Assembly: GCA_026023565.1 (NCBI GenBank)
Contig: JAPETS010000011.1
Span: 372,001 to 436,000, forward strand
Reading direction: 5' to 3'
DNA: 64,000 nt
Source of the DNA: Cirrosporium novae-zelandiae
Taxonomy: Eukaryota
Made by a program: the position numbers and the translations under genes. Below are positions 12,867 to 26,114 of this stretch, in pieces. Numbering within the stretch: position 1 is the stretch's first letter; each line of letters opens with the position of its first letter. The notes beneath the pieces are model-generated. The model was not told the DNA's origin. It worked only from the letters and a program-made list of their open reading frames with translations, and made no database searches.

Positions 12867-13940
12867 ATGCCGACAGTACTATTGCCCGCCTCTGCTGCCG
12901 CCTTTGCGCCTCGATCACCACCAAATGTTGTCCTGAACTCCAAGGTTGAGCCATGGCTGACTCAAACGCTGAAGAGAATCAACCGGATAAAACGACCGTT
13001 GAACAGTGTACCTCAGCACTTCCGTTGTTTGACCGAAACTTTGTCCGGACCAAATGCCATATGGACTCTATGTTCGATCATGCTTCCCAAGGCACCGGAC
13101 TCGGAGTTACGCAAGGACGAGAATCCCTTGGTAGAAGCCCTCTTTAACTATCAGCTTATTCATGTGGAGGCCTACGTTGTTCATGTCGACATGGTCTCGC
13201 AGAACGAAGTAGCCTTTAAGCTCACCCCGGAAACCATCGAATCCCTGGTAGATTACCACAAGGATATATTTTCCGTCGACACTGCTGCAAACACCTGGAA
13301 TTGGTCCGAGAAGGAGCCCCAACTGAAGAAGCTGCAAGAAGAATTTGTCCAAGCTGCCAACAGATTTGTTTACCGGACCGCCGCAACTGCTCTAGAAGGA
13401 TTGGAAGAGGATGGGGCCGGTGAGCTTCTGTCTGGACGAAGTGAAGAAGTAAAAAATGCCATTATGGGTTTATTCGTTCCACTATTACCACCACCACCAA
13501 GGGTTGATGTCGTTCGCCCAACTCCTCTCTTACCAAACTCATCCGGAACCGAAAACTGGTGGCAGCCAACTGTGCCTCAACCTCATCCGGCTCCTGTGGA
13601 TGCGTGGAAAGTAGTACCATCGAGTCCTAGCACGACCTCTTCGGGGGATTCCCATTCAAACATGTGGGCAAATCTTGGATTAAACGATCTCCAGGTTGAA
13701 TCACCCTCACCACCTATGGTCTATAGCCAGCCATACTCCAGTCCCCCATACTCTAGTCCTCAATACTCCAGTCCTAGCTATAGTGCGCCTCAGTACTACA
13801 GTGCGCCTATGACAACCTCACCATTTCCTTCTATGATGACTTCAAGTATGTTTTCTGCGTGTGGTCCAAGTGCTAGCTTGGGTGGCTTTGGATTCGATCG
13901 ATATCCAGATTATACACCACAGTATGGGACAATAGTATAG
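12867..13940 (+). CDS. Hypothetical fungal protein, 357 aa, intronless; globular N-terminal ~205 aa and a P/S/Y-rich disordered tail
   Basis: Long ATG ORF with coding-like composition in otherwise non-coding DNA. The start MPTVLLPASAAAFAPRSPPNVVL resembles an uncharacterised Pezizomycotina family as I recall it. No functional motif recognised. Confidence 0.85.
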   Translation: MPTVLLPASAAAFAPRSPPNVVLNSKVEPWLTQTLKRINRIKRPLNSVPQHFRCLTETLSGPNAIWTLCSIMLPKAPDSELRKDENPLVEALFNYQLIHVEAYVVHVDMVSQNEVAFKLTPETIESLVDYHKDIFSVDTAANTWNWSEKEPQLKKLQEEFVQAANRFVYRTAATALEGLEEDGAGELLSGRSEEVKNAIMGLFVPLLPPPPRVDVVRPTPLLPNSSGTENWWQPTVPQPHPAPVDAWKVVPSSPSTTSSGDSHSNMWANLGLNDLQVESPSPPMVYSQPYSSPPYSSPQYSSPSYSAPQYYSAPMTTSPFPSMMTSSMFSACGPSASLGGFGFDRYPDYTPQYGTIV

Positions 13941-15966
13941 GGCCAACAGCCCCGTCGAGTTGACGGCAAAGCGCGGCATTTACCTTCTTCAACACACTTC
14001 TCTTCTCTTTGACAGCTTTTAAGAGTGCAACTTGAACACCTCGTTTGCAGGCATTTACGACGTTGTTACGAGGAATCTACGACAGAGCACGAGAAAGACG
14101 CATGCAGGGCATAGGCACCAACGGCATCTGATACGGGAGTTATGACAATCATCTGATCAATTTAGCGATTCTGGGAATACTTTTGGGGGGCACAGATTTG
14201 GATGGGAGGTACTTTGATTTTTTTTTTCATGTCAATTTGACTGATATACCACAAACCGATCGAATTGTTTTTTGTTTTTGCTTTTGCTTTGCTTTTTTCT
14301 TGTTTCATATGTGCTGCAAATTCAAGCGAGCGAGTCTTTGGTTGCTTTCAGGTTCCGATGCATATGATTGCGGGTCAATAAGAACAATACTTGGGACTAA
14401 TTCGTCTTCACTTCGAACCATCAACCAACGAAGGAAAAATTACGGAGCAATCGCTGGGCTGGTAGGATGGTTCGCGTGTCCTTGCATTTACAATCCACAT
14501 CAGAAAAGGAAAGATCTCTTAAGCCTCGCGGCAATCAATAACCCTCCTCCACTTTCTACAGGAGTGTGGGTATCTGTTTGGATTTCGAGACTGGGCTTTG
14601 AGAGTTCAGTTCTCGTTTTTCGATTCTGGGGTCAATATCGTCGAAAATACTAGGTGGATAGCGGGAAAGAAATCATGGAGTACTTGATATTACCCTGTGT
14701 CTGGTTTGGGAAGGACGACTTCGGATAAGGGCTAGGAACCTATACGACGTGTACCCTCCTTTACAACTGACACCGTGTATATACAATGTACCGCTGATGA
14801 CGCCCGGCTTCACCAGTCCACCGGCCCACGCCGTGCTAGATAGTCGAGCTGTCTACCGGACTGGCATTCATTTATTCGACCATAACATCACCAGCTGATG
14901 AATGGCCGAGTAATGAATGGTGGATGGTATCGATGACATCTGACCCAATCGAAATGGCGCTGGTACAAGATGTCTGGTACATCCTCGTCGTTTTCGAGGG
15001 CTTTGGTCTTATCGCCGATTCCGCCTTCGCTGGCGGTTATCAGGGAGGTTTCAGAAAAGATGAGAAATACAAGGGTGTGAAAGTTTCCTAGCAAGTTGTT
15101 ATCGATTGAGGAAGTATATAGCTATGCCGTTTGGTTTTGTTTCATGTGATCCTTTTCTTTCATTATTTCGTCAGTGACGGTAGGAAAGAAGGTAGCACAG
15201 TCTACTTGTGGGCGCATGCTTTTCAACTCCACGACAAACCTACATACTTTTATATATTGACGCACATTTGCAAGCGGACTCTTTTCTCCCTTTTTTCTCA
15301 TGTCATTTCTGAACATGTCCACTGCGCGAGATCAAAGCCTATACACCCCCATAGGATCATGCATCCTATACCTCAGGCTGGGTAATCTTATGATATCCTG
15401 AGGAAGCTCATCACCTTTTTAGGAAGACCCTGGCAGGCCTTCGGAAGGTGAAGAGTAAATGCATGCAGGCAGTTCATATTTCACTTCGTATGAGGGAGGC
15501 GGGGCCTTCCATACCTTTTCTATGTATTGCTTTCATAGCTAGCCTTGTTAAGTCCTCTCTTTTGTGTAGTGTTTATTTAAATATGGAACTTATCCTTCGT
15601 CAAGGCAATGACATTTCCCTCTTCTCCAAACTCCTAATAAAACAAGATAAACTGTAGCTATCGGAAACAGCGTAGATTGGATAATGAAGTCTTGGGAAGC
15701 ACTCTGAATATGTTAGACTAAAGTAATACTCAAGTATAATTAACGTGGGAGTTAGCAAGCGACAAATTTGGGGGCTAGTTAGGGAATCTGTCGCGCCAAG
15801 ATTTCGGTCTTCAGCCCTACGGGACCCGGAAGCCAGGTCAGATTTTGAAGAGCTTGGTGCCCGAAGACTTACGTCCATCACCGAGCGCTAAAGCAATTTC
15901 GCTTTAAGATCTTGTGATCTTTTCAAGTTTGTCTAAATTTTATACCCAACACGCAGATACGATATA

Positions 15967-17642
15967 ATGACATCAAAGTTTGAGGCACGCCCTGTTGGAC
16001 GTGGGTCCTTGGAGGATTCAGATTCTTCAGATGGTTACAGTTCGAGTGAAGACGATATCGTCGAGCTTGCCTCTGCAGACAGGTCAAGTAAGAGGAGAAG
16101 ACTTTCAAATGATGACAATGATGATAACGGCAGCAACTCTTTCAGCAGCGAAAATAATGCCACAATACCCAAATTTACCGTCCCTTCTCGGGTCAAAGAA
16201 GCTTCACGAATAAAAGAAACTGCCAATGCTGCATCGTTCAAGCCTCCGGTCACAATCGCAGAAGCCCGAGCAAGCGATGTCACAAAAGACCATACAAGTT
16301 TTGCAACTCTCGATGTTGCCCCATGGCTCGTTGCCTCACTATCTGCAATGGCAATCAAGAGACCGACAGCAATTCAAAGGAGCTGCATTCCAGAGATATT
16401 AAAAGGAAGAAACTGTATAGGAGGAAGTAAGACTGGTTCGGGAAAGACAGTTGCTTTTGCGGTGCCGATTCTACAATTATGGGCGGAGGATCCAACTGCT
16501 ATTTTTGCTGTAATTTTGACACCTACAAGGTCAGAACCGAATTGAGCTAGATTGGAGAATATCTCGTACTAACCGACCACAGGGAGCTAGCCCTTCAAAT
16601 ATTCGAACAGGTCAAGGCAATTTCAGCACCGCAATTCCTTAAGCCTATCCTGATCACAGGTGGGACCGAAATGCGAACCCAGGCAATAGCGCTTTCCCAC
16701 AGACCGCACATTGTAATAGCAACGCCAGGAAGGTTGGCAGACCATATAAACACATCAGGAGAGGACACAATCTGCGGGTTACGAAGAGTGCGATTTGTGG
16801 TACTTGACGAAGCTGATCGGCTACTTGCTAGTGGACCAGGAAGCATGCTACCAGATGTCGAGACTTGTTTGTCTATCCTTCCACCTTCTACAGAGCGGCA
16901 AACCTGTCTATTTACAGCCACCGTAACACCCGAAGTGCGGGCCCTGAAAGAAATACCAAGAGCTCCTGGTCGACAACCGGTCTTTATCTCAGAAGTTGAT
17001 ACAGAGGTCATGGCTATTCCCACTACACTACAACAGAAATATCTACAGGTTCCGGTCACACATCGAGAAGCTTTTCTTCATGGCCTTCTTCTGACGCCCA
17101 TGAATGTTGAGAAATCAACCATTATTTTTTGTAACCGAGCAGCAACGGCCAGGGTTTTGGAGCACATGCTTCGCATTCTAGACCATCGGGTGACTTCATT
17201 GCACAGTAAACTTCCTCAGGGCGAACGTATCTCAAACCTCGCGCGCTTTCGAGCTAATGCTGCACGACTTCTGGTTGCGACCGACGTTGCGTCGCGTGGT
17301 CTCGATATCCCAGATGTAGGTCTTGTCATTAATTTTGATGTGCCTCGAAACCCAGATGATTATATTCATCGGGTCGGTCGCACAGCCAGAGCGGGGAGAA
17401 AAGGAGACGCAGTGACTATGGTCGGACAGAGGGACGTGCAGCTAATATTAGCAATCGAGGAGCGCGTGGGTCGGAAGATGGTCGAGTATGAGGAAAAGGG
17501 CGTGAACATTGAAAGTCGCGTTGTTCGGGACTACTTGAAGGTGGTCGGAGAAGCAAAGAGAGAAGCGGTGTTGGAGATTGAAGAGGGACGAGATGTACGA
17601 GGGAAAAGGGTTCGGTCCGGGATGAAGAAGCTACAGACATGA
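15967..17642 (+). CDS. DBP8: ATP-dependent DEAD-box RNA helicase, Dbp8-like (40S biogenesis); exons 15967..16529, 16583..17642
   Basis: Q motif PTAIQ, motif [17 protein letters not shown] joined across intron 16530..16582, TPGRL, VLDEAD, motif [44 protein letters not shown] and the C-terminal [11 protein letters not shown] fit filamentous-fungal Dbp8. Confidence 0.88.
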
Positions 17643-18341
17643 TTTTACTGTTTGTCACTTGCCAGAGTATGATAGTGAAGGGGGGAAAATGAGTTCATAA
17701 AGCGGTGGAAGAATTTAGGCATCTTGTCAGGTGGAAGTTGTGGTGAAGAAGAAAGGATTCCCCTCAGAACAAACTATAGCGCCCGAGCGTAGCCAAGCTT
17801 TGGCGCTTCTTGACTCGATTGACGGGGACGTGGCATCGGATGAGGCATGAAGCCGATTGGGAAAAGGTCGTCTTGTGGACCCGTCTTAATCTCGAAACTG
17901 TTGATGTTTCCATGCACCAGCCATCAAATCCTTTATATCCGGACCTATCGCATTTGTTATGGAAGTTATGAGCTTGTGTCGTTTTTAAACCAATCAGATT
18001 TCCTTGCTATTGGTGCAGATCCCTTTGAACCCGCCTTCGTCGCAAAGTATCCTGCCCTGCCCTTTTTTTTTTCCCTCGCAGTAACCTAATGAAAAGAAAT
18101 TGAGTTGGACTGTTATTGACCTATTTGAGTCCCTTGCTCCTTTTTAGCATTGCAACACCGATATACGATAGTTTAATACGATGATAGCATTGCCGAAGAT
18201 AGAGCCACGAGAGCTCATACGTGCCGTACCTAAGGTAGTCTGTTTGATTAGTCAGAACATGTCAGAAAACCAAAGTCAGGGGCTGTCTGTTGACCTTCCT
18301 AATTATGGCCTGGTGTCATTCACTGGTGTCAACTTTGGTGA

Positions 18342-18378
18342 CCCTTGGAGCCCTTGGAGCCCTTGGAATCCTTGGAGG
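18342..18378. repeat. 9-bp tandem repeat (CCCTTGGAG), about 4 copies
   Basis: cccttggag cccttggag cccttggaa tccttggag in the DBP8-to-Zn2Cys6 intergenic region. Confidence 0.8.
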
Positions 18379-19864
18379 TGCAGGAATGACTGGCGGTGCT
18401 GATGCCTAGTGATTTCGACGACGGCCATTAACCCTGTAAATAGCCCTGCCAATTACCCTGCAAGTATTCAGTCCGTTAGCTTTCAATCTTTATCCCCCGT
18501 CGCTTTTTCATCGCCATCTAGCCAACTTCCTCTTCCTGATTCTGTTAGGCTTTACTCTATTCCAATATATCAATCTTCATACCCTTTTCAGCAACAGCGG
18601 GGCTTACTCGTCGTCAATCGCATTGTCAAAAACTTACTTTCAAATTCTCACTGCCGGCGGGAGTTATAGCGGAGTCTGACACTTTCTAAAAAAGAAAAGT
18701 CCCTCAAATCAATCATTTTATTTCTTTTTTTTTGTCCAAGCAAACCTAACTCATCCTAGATTATTCCAGACTCGAAAAAATCGAAAATTCTACGATTTCT
18801 ACCACCTTACTTGGGTGGGAAGGTGATACGAAAATACAATAAAAGTACCTCGGCGCGATAAATTTATTAGAACAAGACCTTGGTCTCTTTTGGGTTCATG
18901 CACCATCATCACAGCCCACAGCTATCTAAACAGTGCCAAGTTACGGAGAGATTCTCTCTTTCTTTCTTTGTGTTGGTTTTAGTCGATGTCTGATGCACAC
19001 ATTTTTTATTATTCATTCATAGCTGATGGTTATTCTTCGAAGGCACTACTGAATTCTTTGGCTTGGCTTACTCGTTGCTCATTGCTGCTGATTCTCGTGT
19101 CCCACATCTCACCAGGGACGACCCTTTGAGCAATTACTTCCTAGCGTACCAACGAACGAAAAAAAGGTCGTCCAACCCCAAAAACCAAAAGCCTCTAAAG
19201 GATCCCCCCCCTCCATCATCAGCCGTCACTCAGTTCATCAATATCGTCAAAACCCCTCTCGGGCGAGTCGGGCTGTTCATCCCTCAGTGCCTCAAAAGCT
19301 ACGTAGTGTGCTAAGGATAAACTCATTATTCTCTCTATCCACTACTACTACCCGTTGTGGGGGAACAAAAACAATCTAACATCCCAAGTAGGAGGCTTCT
19401 TTTCATTAATTCACCATTGATAGTTCATAGATAGGTTCTCAATTCCTATTGACAAGAAAAAAAATCCTGTGTGACCTCTGAGATTTTGTGATAATTTATG
19501 ATCCGTGACTACTACACTTGCCTCGGACACATCCTCCGTTGAGATCACTAACTAATCATTGACTTGAAAATATTCAGAGAAGAGCTTTCGACCTCATGTT
19601 TGTCGGACCCTTTTTGTGCGCACGTCATTATTGCCTACACTTTATGCTCAACTTCCTTCTATTACCGTTTTATTTTTTGGCCACATCTTCCTACCTTGGT
19701 TGAACCCTTCCCTAGACGCTTAAGTCTTCACCGAACCCCCATCTACTCTTCTACTTTCGAGTTTTTTCGTCGTGTATCTCCTGGCCGGACTATGCGACGT
19801 AATCTGAAAGAAGCTTATCGGGTCTAAAGAAAAAGCGAATAATAATTTGGAACATTTTCCAATC

Positions 19865-22800
19865 ATGTCATCGCCCCAGAGCCTTGAACATGCCTCTCCA
19901 GATGAAATGGAGGGGGACACGACAGCTGCAACCGATGCGCAATGGGAAGGGCAAGCATCACAGGATCATACCGAGCAAACATCCCCTCAGAGTAGTACAG
20001 TCTCCCCAGCGCAACCTTCGAAGCCATCGGTTCCATTGCCCAAACGGCGTCGAGTTACTAGAGCCTGTGACGAATGCCGAAGGAAGAAAATTAAATGTGA
20101 CGGCAAACAGCCATGTACACATTGCACTGTCTATAGTTATGGTACGCTGATGAAGGGCTTCCCAGGTGGCATTAGGCCGTTGCCGAACTTTGATTGTTAG
20201 AAATATTCCCAAGATGTTTGCTAACTTGAACATCTCCCGTAGATTGCACATATGATCAGCCTTCTAATCGTCGCAGAAACCCTCCTCCTCAATACATTGA
20301 AGCTCTAGAAAATCGAGTTCAGAGAGCTGAAGCATTGCTAAAGACAGTCTTACCAGATGTCGATCTTGATGATCCCAAATATGAGGCTGGACTCCCGCAG
20401 CGAATGCATATGCCCGTCCGAAAACCATCCGAACCCATTTCAACAGAATCAACCCCGAATACTGACGACAAATCTAACAATGCAAATGACCTAGAAACTG
20501 ACCCACGATTAGATTCAATGATTGAGAGCACCGGCACTCTTGAACTCGACGATCGAGGAAATTGGGATTTTCATGGCCATTCATCCGGTATAGTCTTTTT
20601 ACGTCGTTTGCACGATCAATTTGGCAATATATTTGGTCGAGAACTCCAAGGTCTCCCGCTAATGCCGAGTACCAAGTCGGGAATCTCTCCATCGACTTCA
20701 GATTCGCCACTGGTGGGACAATCTCCTACGGATTCCAATTTATTAAATTTACAGGATTTACCTAACAAAGCATGTGCAAGACAGCTGTGTGAGAATGCTC
20801 TAGAAATAGCTTGTGCGTCGATGCGATTTATTCATCAACCATCATTTTACAACACCTTTGATCGTATCTACGACATTCCTGTAGAGAACTATGGAAATGA
20901 GGAAAATAAGTTTCTACCACTTTTATATTCCGTTCTTGCTGTGGGTTGCCTATTTTCCCAGAAAGAACAGGCCAGTCTTGGTGACAAGATATATGAAGAT
21001 GCAATAAACCAAGGGTAAGAATAGAATCCCAATTAAAGGAAAGAGTGCTTATCTCGTTCACCTTAGCTTCAAATATTTTCGAGTGAGCCGCAACATGATG
21101 GATATCTGCGACTGCCGTGACATCCCCTCCTTGCAAACTATACTATTCATGGTCTTTTTCCTCCAGTCATCCGCAAAGCTGAGCACTTGCTATTCGTACA
21201 TTGGCGTTGCAATGAGGGCCGCGCTCCGAATGGGCCTTCATCGATCGCTATCGGTACAATTTGACCCCATTGAACGTGAAACTCGAAAACGTACTTTTTG
21301 GACTATTCGAAAAATGGACATTTATGTTTCCGCCCTGCTTGGACTGCCTCGGATGCTCAATGACGAGGACATTGACCAAGAGCTTCCGGCTGAAGTGGAT
21401 GATGAATACATAACACATGAAAAGGCCCTACCTATGCCACCAGGTACCGTTTCTTTAGTGGCTGCGACGAATGCCCAGATCAGGCTCGTCTCCATTCTAC
21501 AGAAAGTGATGAAACATATTTATCCAATCAAGAGTATCGGACACAACTCTCAAGGAAAGCCTTCTAGCCAGTCTTATTCTGTCAGCCATTCAAAGATAAG
21601 GGAAGTTGAGTTGGATCTCCAAAACTGGACTGAGAGCTTACCAATGGTCTTGAGACCTGGTGACGATTCCCCTCCCCAATTTAAAAGGTGGGCTACCTCC
21701 ACGATTTTTAGGCCTTTTGCTGACACTTACCAGAGTTCAACAACTACTTCGCATGTCTTATGCACACGTCCAAATGATGCTTTATAGACCGTTTTTACAT
21801 TATGCATCTCACGCCTGTGCCAAAGGAGATAAACGTTCGTTTCCTTGTGCTGCGGCTTGCGTGAGTGTTTCTCGAAATATCGTTCACATCTCACTCGAGA
21901 TGAAGAAAAGAGGCCTATTGATTGGAGCGTATTGGTTTGCTATGTATACTACATTTTTTGCAATTCTCTCACTTGTATTCTACATTGTGGAGAATCCTGG
22001 CAAAACCTCAAGTCAAGAAATTTGGAAAGATGCTCAGGATGGAAGAGCCACGCTGGCTGATTTATCAGAAAGGAGCATGGCAGCAGATAGATGTACCAAG
22101 TTTCTAGATGTGAGTATTTTGTTTTCTACCTGGGTTAATTTTTCTTAGGTCTAACTTGAATGCCAGAACGTCTTCGCGGAACTTCCAGAGAAACTCAGGC
22201 GTAGTCGCCGTACTTCATCAGTTTCAGCAAAGAAGCGAAGAGCGGGGCCTTCTCCGCATCCAGTCCCCACTGCGACTAGAAGCACACCCGAGGTGTCACG
22301 AAACTCGACTCCAGATGTTGGGGCCGTTCAGCGTTCCAGCACTTTTCCAAGGCATGTTGCAGCCAATGCGATGAAAAGGTCGTCAGCTCCTGTGGATATC
22401 TCATCTCTTCGGCGAAATCTTCAGCTTGATGCTCATTCTCGTCAAGGTTCTCAAGACGTGTTTATACCTCGGGATAACAGTGCAGGAACTCCCGATTCAT
22501 CCGCATCCTCTCTTTCGTTCAAGAGTCAAATTGGCACACAACAACAAAGTCTACTTTACCAACAGCAGTTAGCCAACAACATCCCCGATTTAACGCCAAT
22601 GATGTTTCCATCTTCCGATCCCTTTGCATACCCAAACCAACCGATAACAACCCTCGAAAACCAACCTAACTTTGATGAAGGTTTCTACCTCCCAGAAAGT
22701 GCCACCTCCACCACTCAAGCATACGACAGCAACATGGATACCCAATCCTTTGGTCAAATAAACAATTTCATGATGCCCACGCAACAAGCCCCACCATACC

Positions 22801-23012
22801 CCCAAACAAATTACCAATCCCCAACAACAAACGGGCCCCCCAACGATACCAACAACAGAAGTAACAGCATGATGGGCCAAAGCATGGCCAATCTCCCTGG
22901 TTGGTGGTCCCAGACCCAAAATCATTCCGGTATGGAATCCGGTCTAGATGAACTCTTCAACGGGAGCGAGGACTGGCATTCCAGATGGATGAATCTCAAT
23001 TTCCAGCCGTAG
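19865..23012 (+). CDS. ASG1: Zn(II)2Cys6 transcription factor, Asg1/Mut3-like; exons 19865..20141, 20243..21014, 21067..21687, 21734..22109, 22167..23012
   Basis: [55 protein letters not shown] binuclear cluster; fungal TF middle homology region ([30 protein letters not shown]). Four GT-AG introns join the five ORF-track fragments in frame. Confidence 0.85.
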
Positions 23013-24431
23013 TAACCATCAACCATCCCCGCCATCTTCATTTTTTTGAATTAATTGATAGAGAGCGCATACATATACAATACATAACGGCCCCGCCCCA
23101 CACTTTACACAAAAATAATGACATGGTTTACGAATTGATAATTTTTGATACGGGGAGAGGAGAATATGGGGTGATTTTTTAAGGGAAATATTATTTTTCT
23201 TGACCATTCTTGACTTGAGATACCATAGGTAAAAGGGGTTGATTTTTCGGGTTTTTTTGGTTTTGACTGTTCTGGGGGTGTTTTTTTCTACAGTCAAGAT
23301 TATACATATATATTTCGGGACTAGGATTGGAAGTGAAAGTGGAAGGGAAAGTGGAAGGGAAAGTGAAAGTGAAAGTTGAACTGGACCTATGAAAGTGAAA
23401 TCAGAAAGTGGGGTTTTGGAATTTCGAACCTTTCGGAGCTTTTTTAGAGCTGGGAACGAAACAAAAGCAAATTTTCCAGACATTATTATGTATATCTCTC
23501 TACTTGCACCCTTATATTGCTTTACATGGATACATGATGTATGGTTGCTTGCTAGACTGAAAATGGGTCGTGAAAAGAAAAGAGGAAGAGGAAGACCAAG
23601 ACCCACCAACCAACGAACCAACAACGGATCAAAGCAAGACGGGGACCTTTCTTTCTTTCTATGAAGCCCAACACACAAACAAACAAACACAAACACCCAT
23701 ATAAACAAACTGAGCTCCCAGCCTCGAGGGAGGGAGGTTGGCTTTCAAGTTATGTTTTATTCTTTTATTCTTTTTTATTATACATGTATTCAGTTCAATT
23801 CCAACCACGGTGGTTTGTATCTGTTTGTGTGTGTGTATGTATGTATTATTTATCTAGTTAGGTAGATAGGTAGATAGGTAGTTGAAATTATAGTGGATAA
23901 GACTTTTTTTCTTCTTCTTGCTTTTCGGGGGATTTGGGGGGGATTTGCATTGAGGGGTTGAGTGGGCATGTGGTTTGTTTGCATATTTGTAGGGTGCAAG
24001 GTGAATGTGTGTGGTTTTAATATTCAAGTATATGTATATGGACGTGCACATATTATATAGATATAAATTATAAATCATATGGCACACTAGTAGAGTAGGC
24101 CTATTTGGGACTAAGACTAAGCCTAAACCGGATATTTACATATGCACCCCTGCTCACGTGAATTACTCGTCACTTTCAGAGGAAGCTCGTCAAGCACCCT
24201 GTGCTAAAATCACGAGACAGGCTCTTATGAAGCTTGCTATTGGAGGTGTCTAAAAGGATTGATTGGCAGGTATCGATTTAGATGCTCTAGCTGGATAGCC
24301 CACTGGATATTCCATCCAGAGGCTCAGGGAGTAGCCTCAGCTTGCTCCCAATTTAACCTCCGAAACCATCTCTTTCGAAACATCTGAATTCATCTTTATG
24401 AACCTCTCACGTTGAATCTAGCTAGTCCATC

Positions 24432-26114
24432 ATGGGGTCGCTACCCGAGACCTCAGACTTATTGAGGTCGCTTCCCCTTCTTCGAGGAACCATCACTCTG
24501 AAGTCGGCACTCGAGGACGATGATGATATACTTCAAAGAATAGCATACCCAGAGCAACGACTCGATTTCTTTACTTACCTCTACAGTTACTGCAGTGAAA
24601 TTGAAGCCATTGTGTCGTCTCATCTGGGATTCGAAAGGGAAATGTATAAAGTAGGGGAAGTTAAGGAATGGATAGCGGGTAGCTTCAATGTTTGTATACC
24701 AATCTACATCAACAAACGGGCTCACCATCCCAGGAAGCGAGTGCTTATCAGATTTCCATTACCCTACAAAGTAGGGGAGATGAAATTCCCGGGCAACGCA
24801 GATGAGAAGATTCGCTGTGAAGCTGCTGCCTTTATATGGCTCCAGGAGAACTGTGCTGCTGCTGTTCCAATACCTTATTTATGGGGTTTCGGATTTCCTA
24901 ACGGCCAAAGTGTATGTTATTCCATACTACACTATCTCCGGGCAGTTTCTTGAGCATGTATTGACGTTTACCAATTGTATGTAGTTCACCACACCTGAAA
25001 GTACACCCTTCTACACCCGGCTGATCTGGCACCTCCGACGGACAGTCTTGTCATTGCTTAGATTCCCCGTCCCGAGTCGATACATTAGCCATAGATGTCC
25101 ACATATCCTTGGGATCGGATATCTCGTTATGGACTACATCGAAGAGACTGATGGGAAAATGCTTTCAGAATCTTGGGAAAATCTACGTCATAACCGCATT
25201 CATAGAACTAATCTCTTCCGGGATCTATCTAATATTATCCTTGCGATATCTCAATTTTCTCTACCTCGAATAGGATCTTTAACAATAGATGATCTAGGCG
25301 TTTTAAGCTTAACAAACCGCCCTTTGACGTTACAAATTCAACATTTAGAGAATGAAGGGATTCCAACACAGATCGATAGAAATCTCACGTATTCTACTTC
25401 AGAGACTTACGCACTCGATCTTCTAAAATGCCATGATAATCGCTTACGATGTAAACCTAATTCTATTCGTGATGAATACGATGGTCGAGCACAGATGGCA
25501 GCTTTGACGACCATGCGAGCCCTTTATCCTCACTTCCTAAGCCGTGATCTTCGCCATGGCCCTTTTGTTTTCACCCTCACGGACCTCCACCAGAGTAACA
25601 TCTTTGTTGACGATGATTGGCATATCAAATTTCTGATTGACCTGGAATGGGCCTGCTCATTACCGATTGAAATGCTGCATCCTCCGTGTTGGTTGACCAG
25701 TCGAGGGGTGGACCAACTAGAAAAGGGCGAGTATCTTGATGCCTATAGCAGTGTCCATGCAGAGTTCCTTGAGGCGTTTGAAGAAAAAGAACGATTCTCC
25801 CCCAAATAAACGGGGATTCATCGTATCGTACGAGCATCATGAGGAGAGGTTGGAAGATAGGAAACTTCTGGTATTTCCAGTCTCTGGACAATCCTAAAGG
25901 GTTGTACAACATATTTCTCCAGCATATCCAACCAAGGTTCGAAGCATCACATGGAAGAGATATAGCATTTGATCAAGTGGTAGCGCCATATTGGGCTGCA
26001 GATGCTGCTGAAGTCATTGCTGCAAAAATCAAAAATAAAGAAATGTATGATGAACAATTGCGAAAAGCCTTTGGGGCGGTGGAAAAGCATAAAAATAGAA
26101 ATATTAACGGGTAA
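24432..26114 (+). pseudogene. APH/choline-kinase-like phosphotransferase family gene with a frameshift near 25800 (pseudogene or assembly error); intron 24912..24984
   Basis: WIAGSFNVCIP, RFPLPYKVGE, DEKIRCEAAAFIWLQENC, VPIPYLWGFGF, Brenner-like LTDLHQSNIFVDDDWHIKFLIDLEW. The frame stops at TAA 25807-25809, but the C-terminal part (INGDSSYRTSIMRRGWKIGNFWYF...) continues in the -1 frame with no intron to bridge it. Confidence 0.75.

Noticed and set aside
14183..15385. Possible gene or structured ncRNA between the hypothetical gene and DBP8
   Set aside because: ORFs mostly start at non-ATG codons and lack motifs; I could not match snRNA, RNase P/MRP, SRP or telomerase-template signatures by eye.
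23019..23708. 229-aa minus-strand ORF downstream of the Zn2Cys6 gene
   Set aside because: Low-complexity 3' flank containing GAAAGT/GGAAGG repeats; the translation (LSLSLSLPLSLPL) is not protein-like.
25796..25809. Programmed -1 ribosomal frameshift in the APH-like gene
   Set aside because: C_CCC_AAA does not fit X_XXY_YYZ in the reading frame and no downstream stimulatory structure is evident; an indel is simpler.
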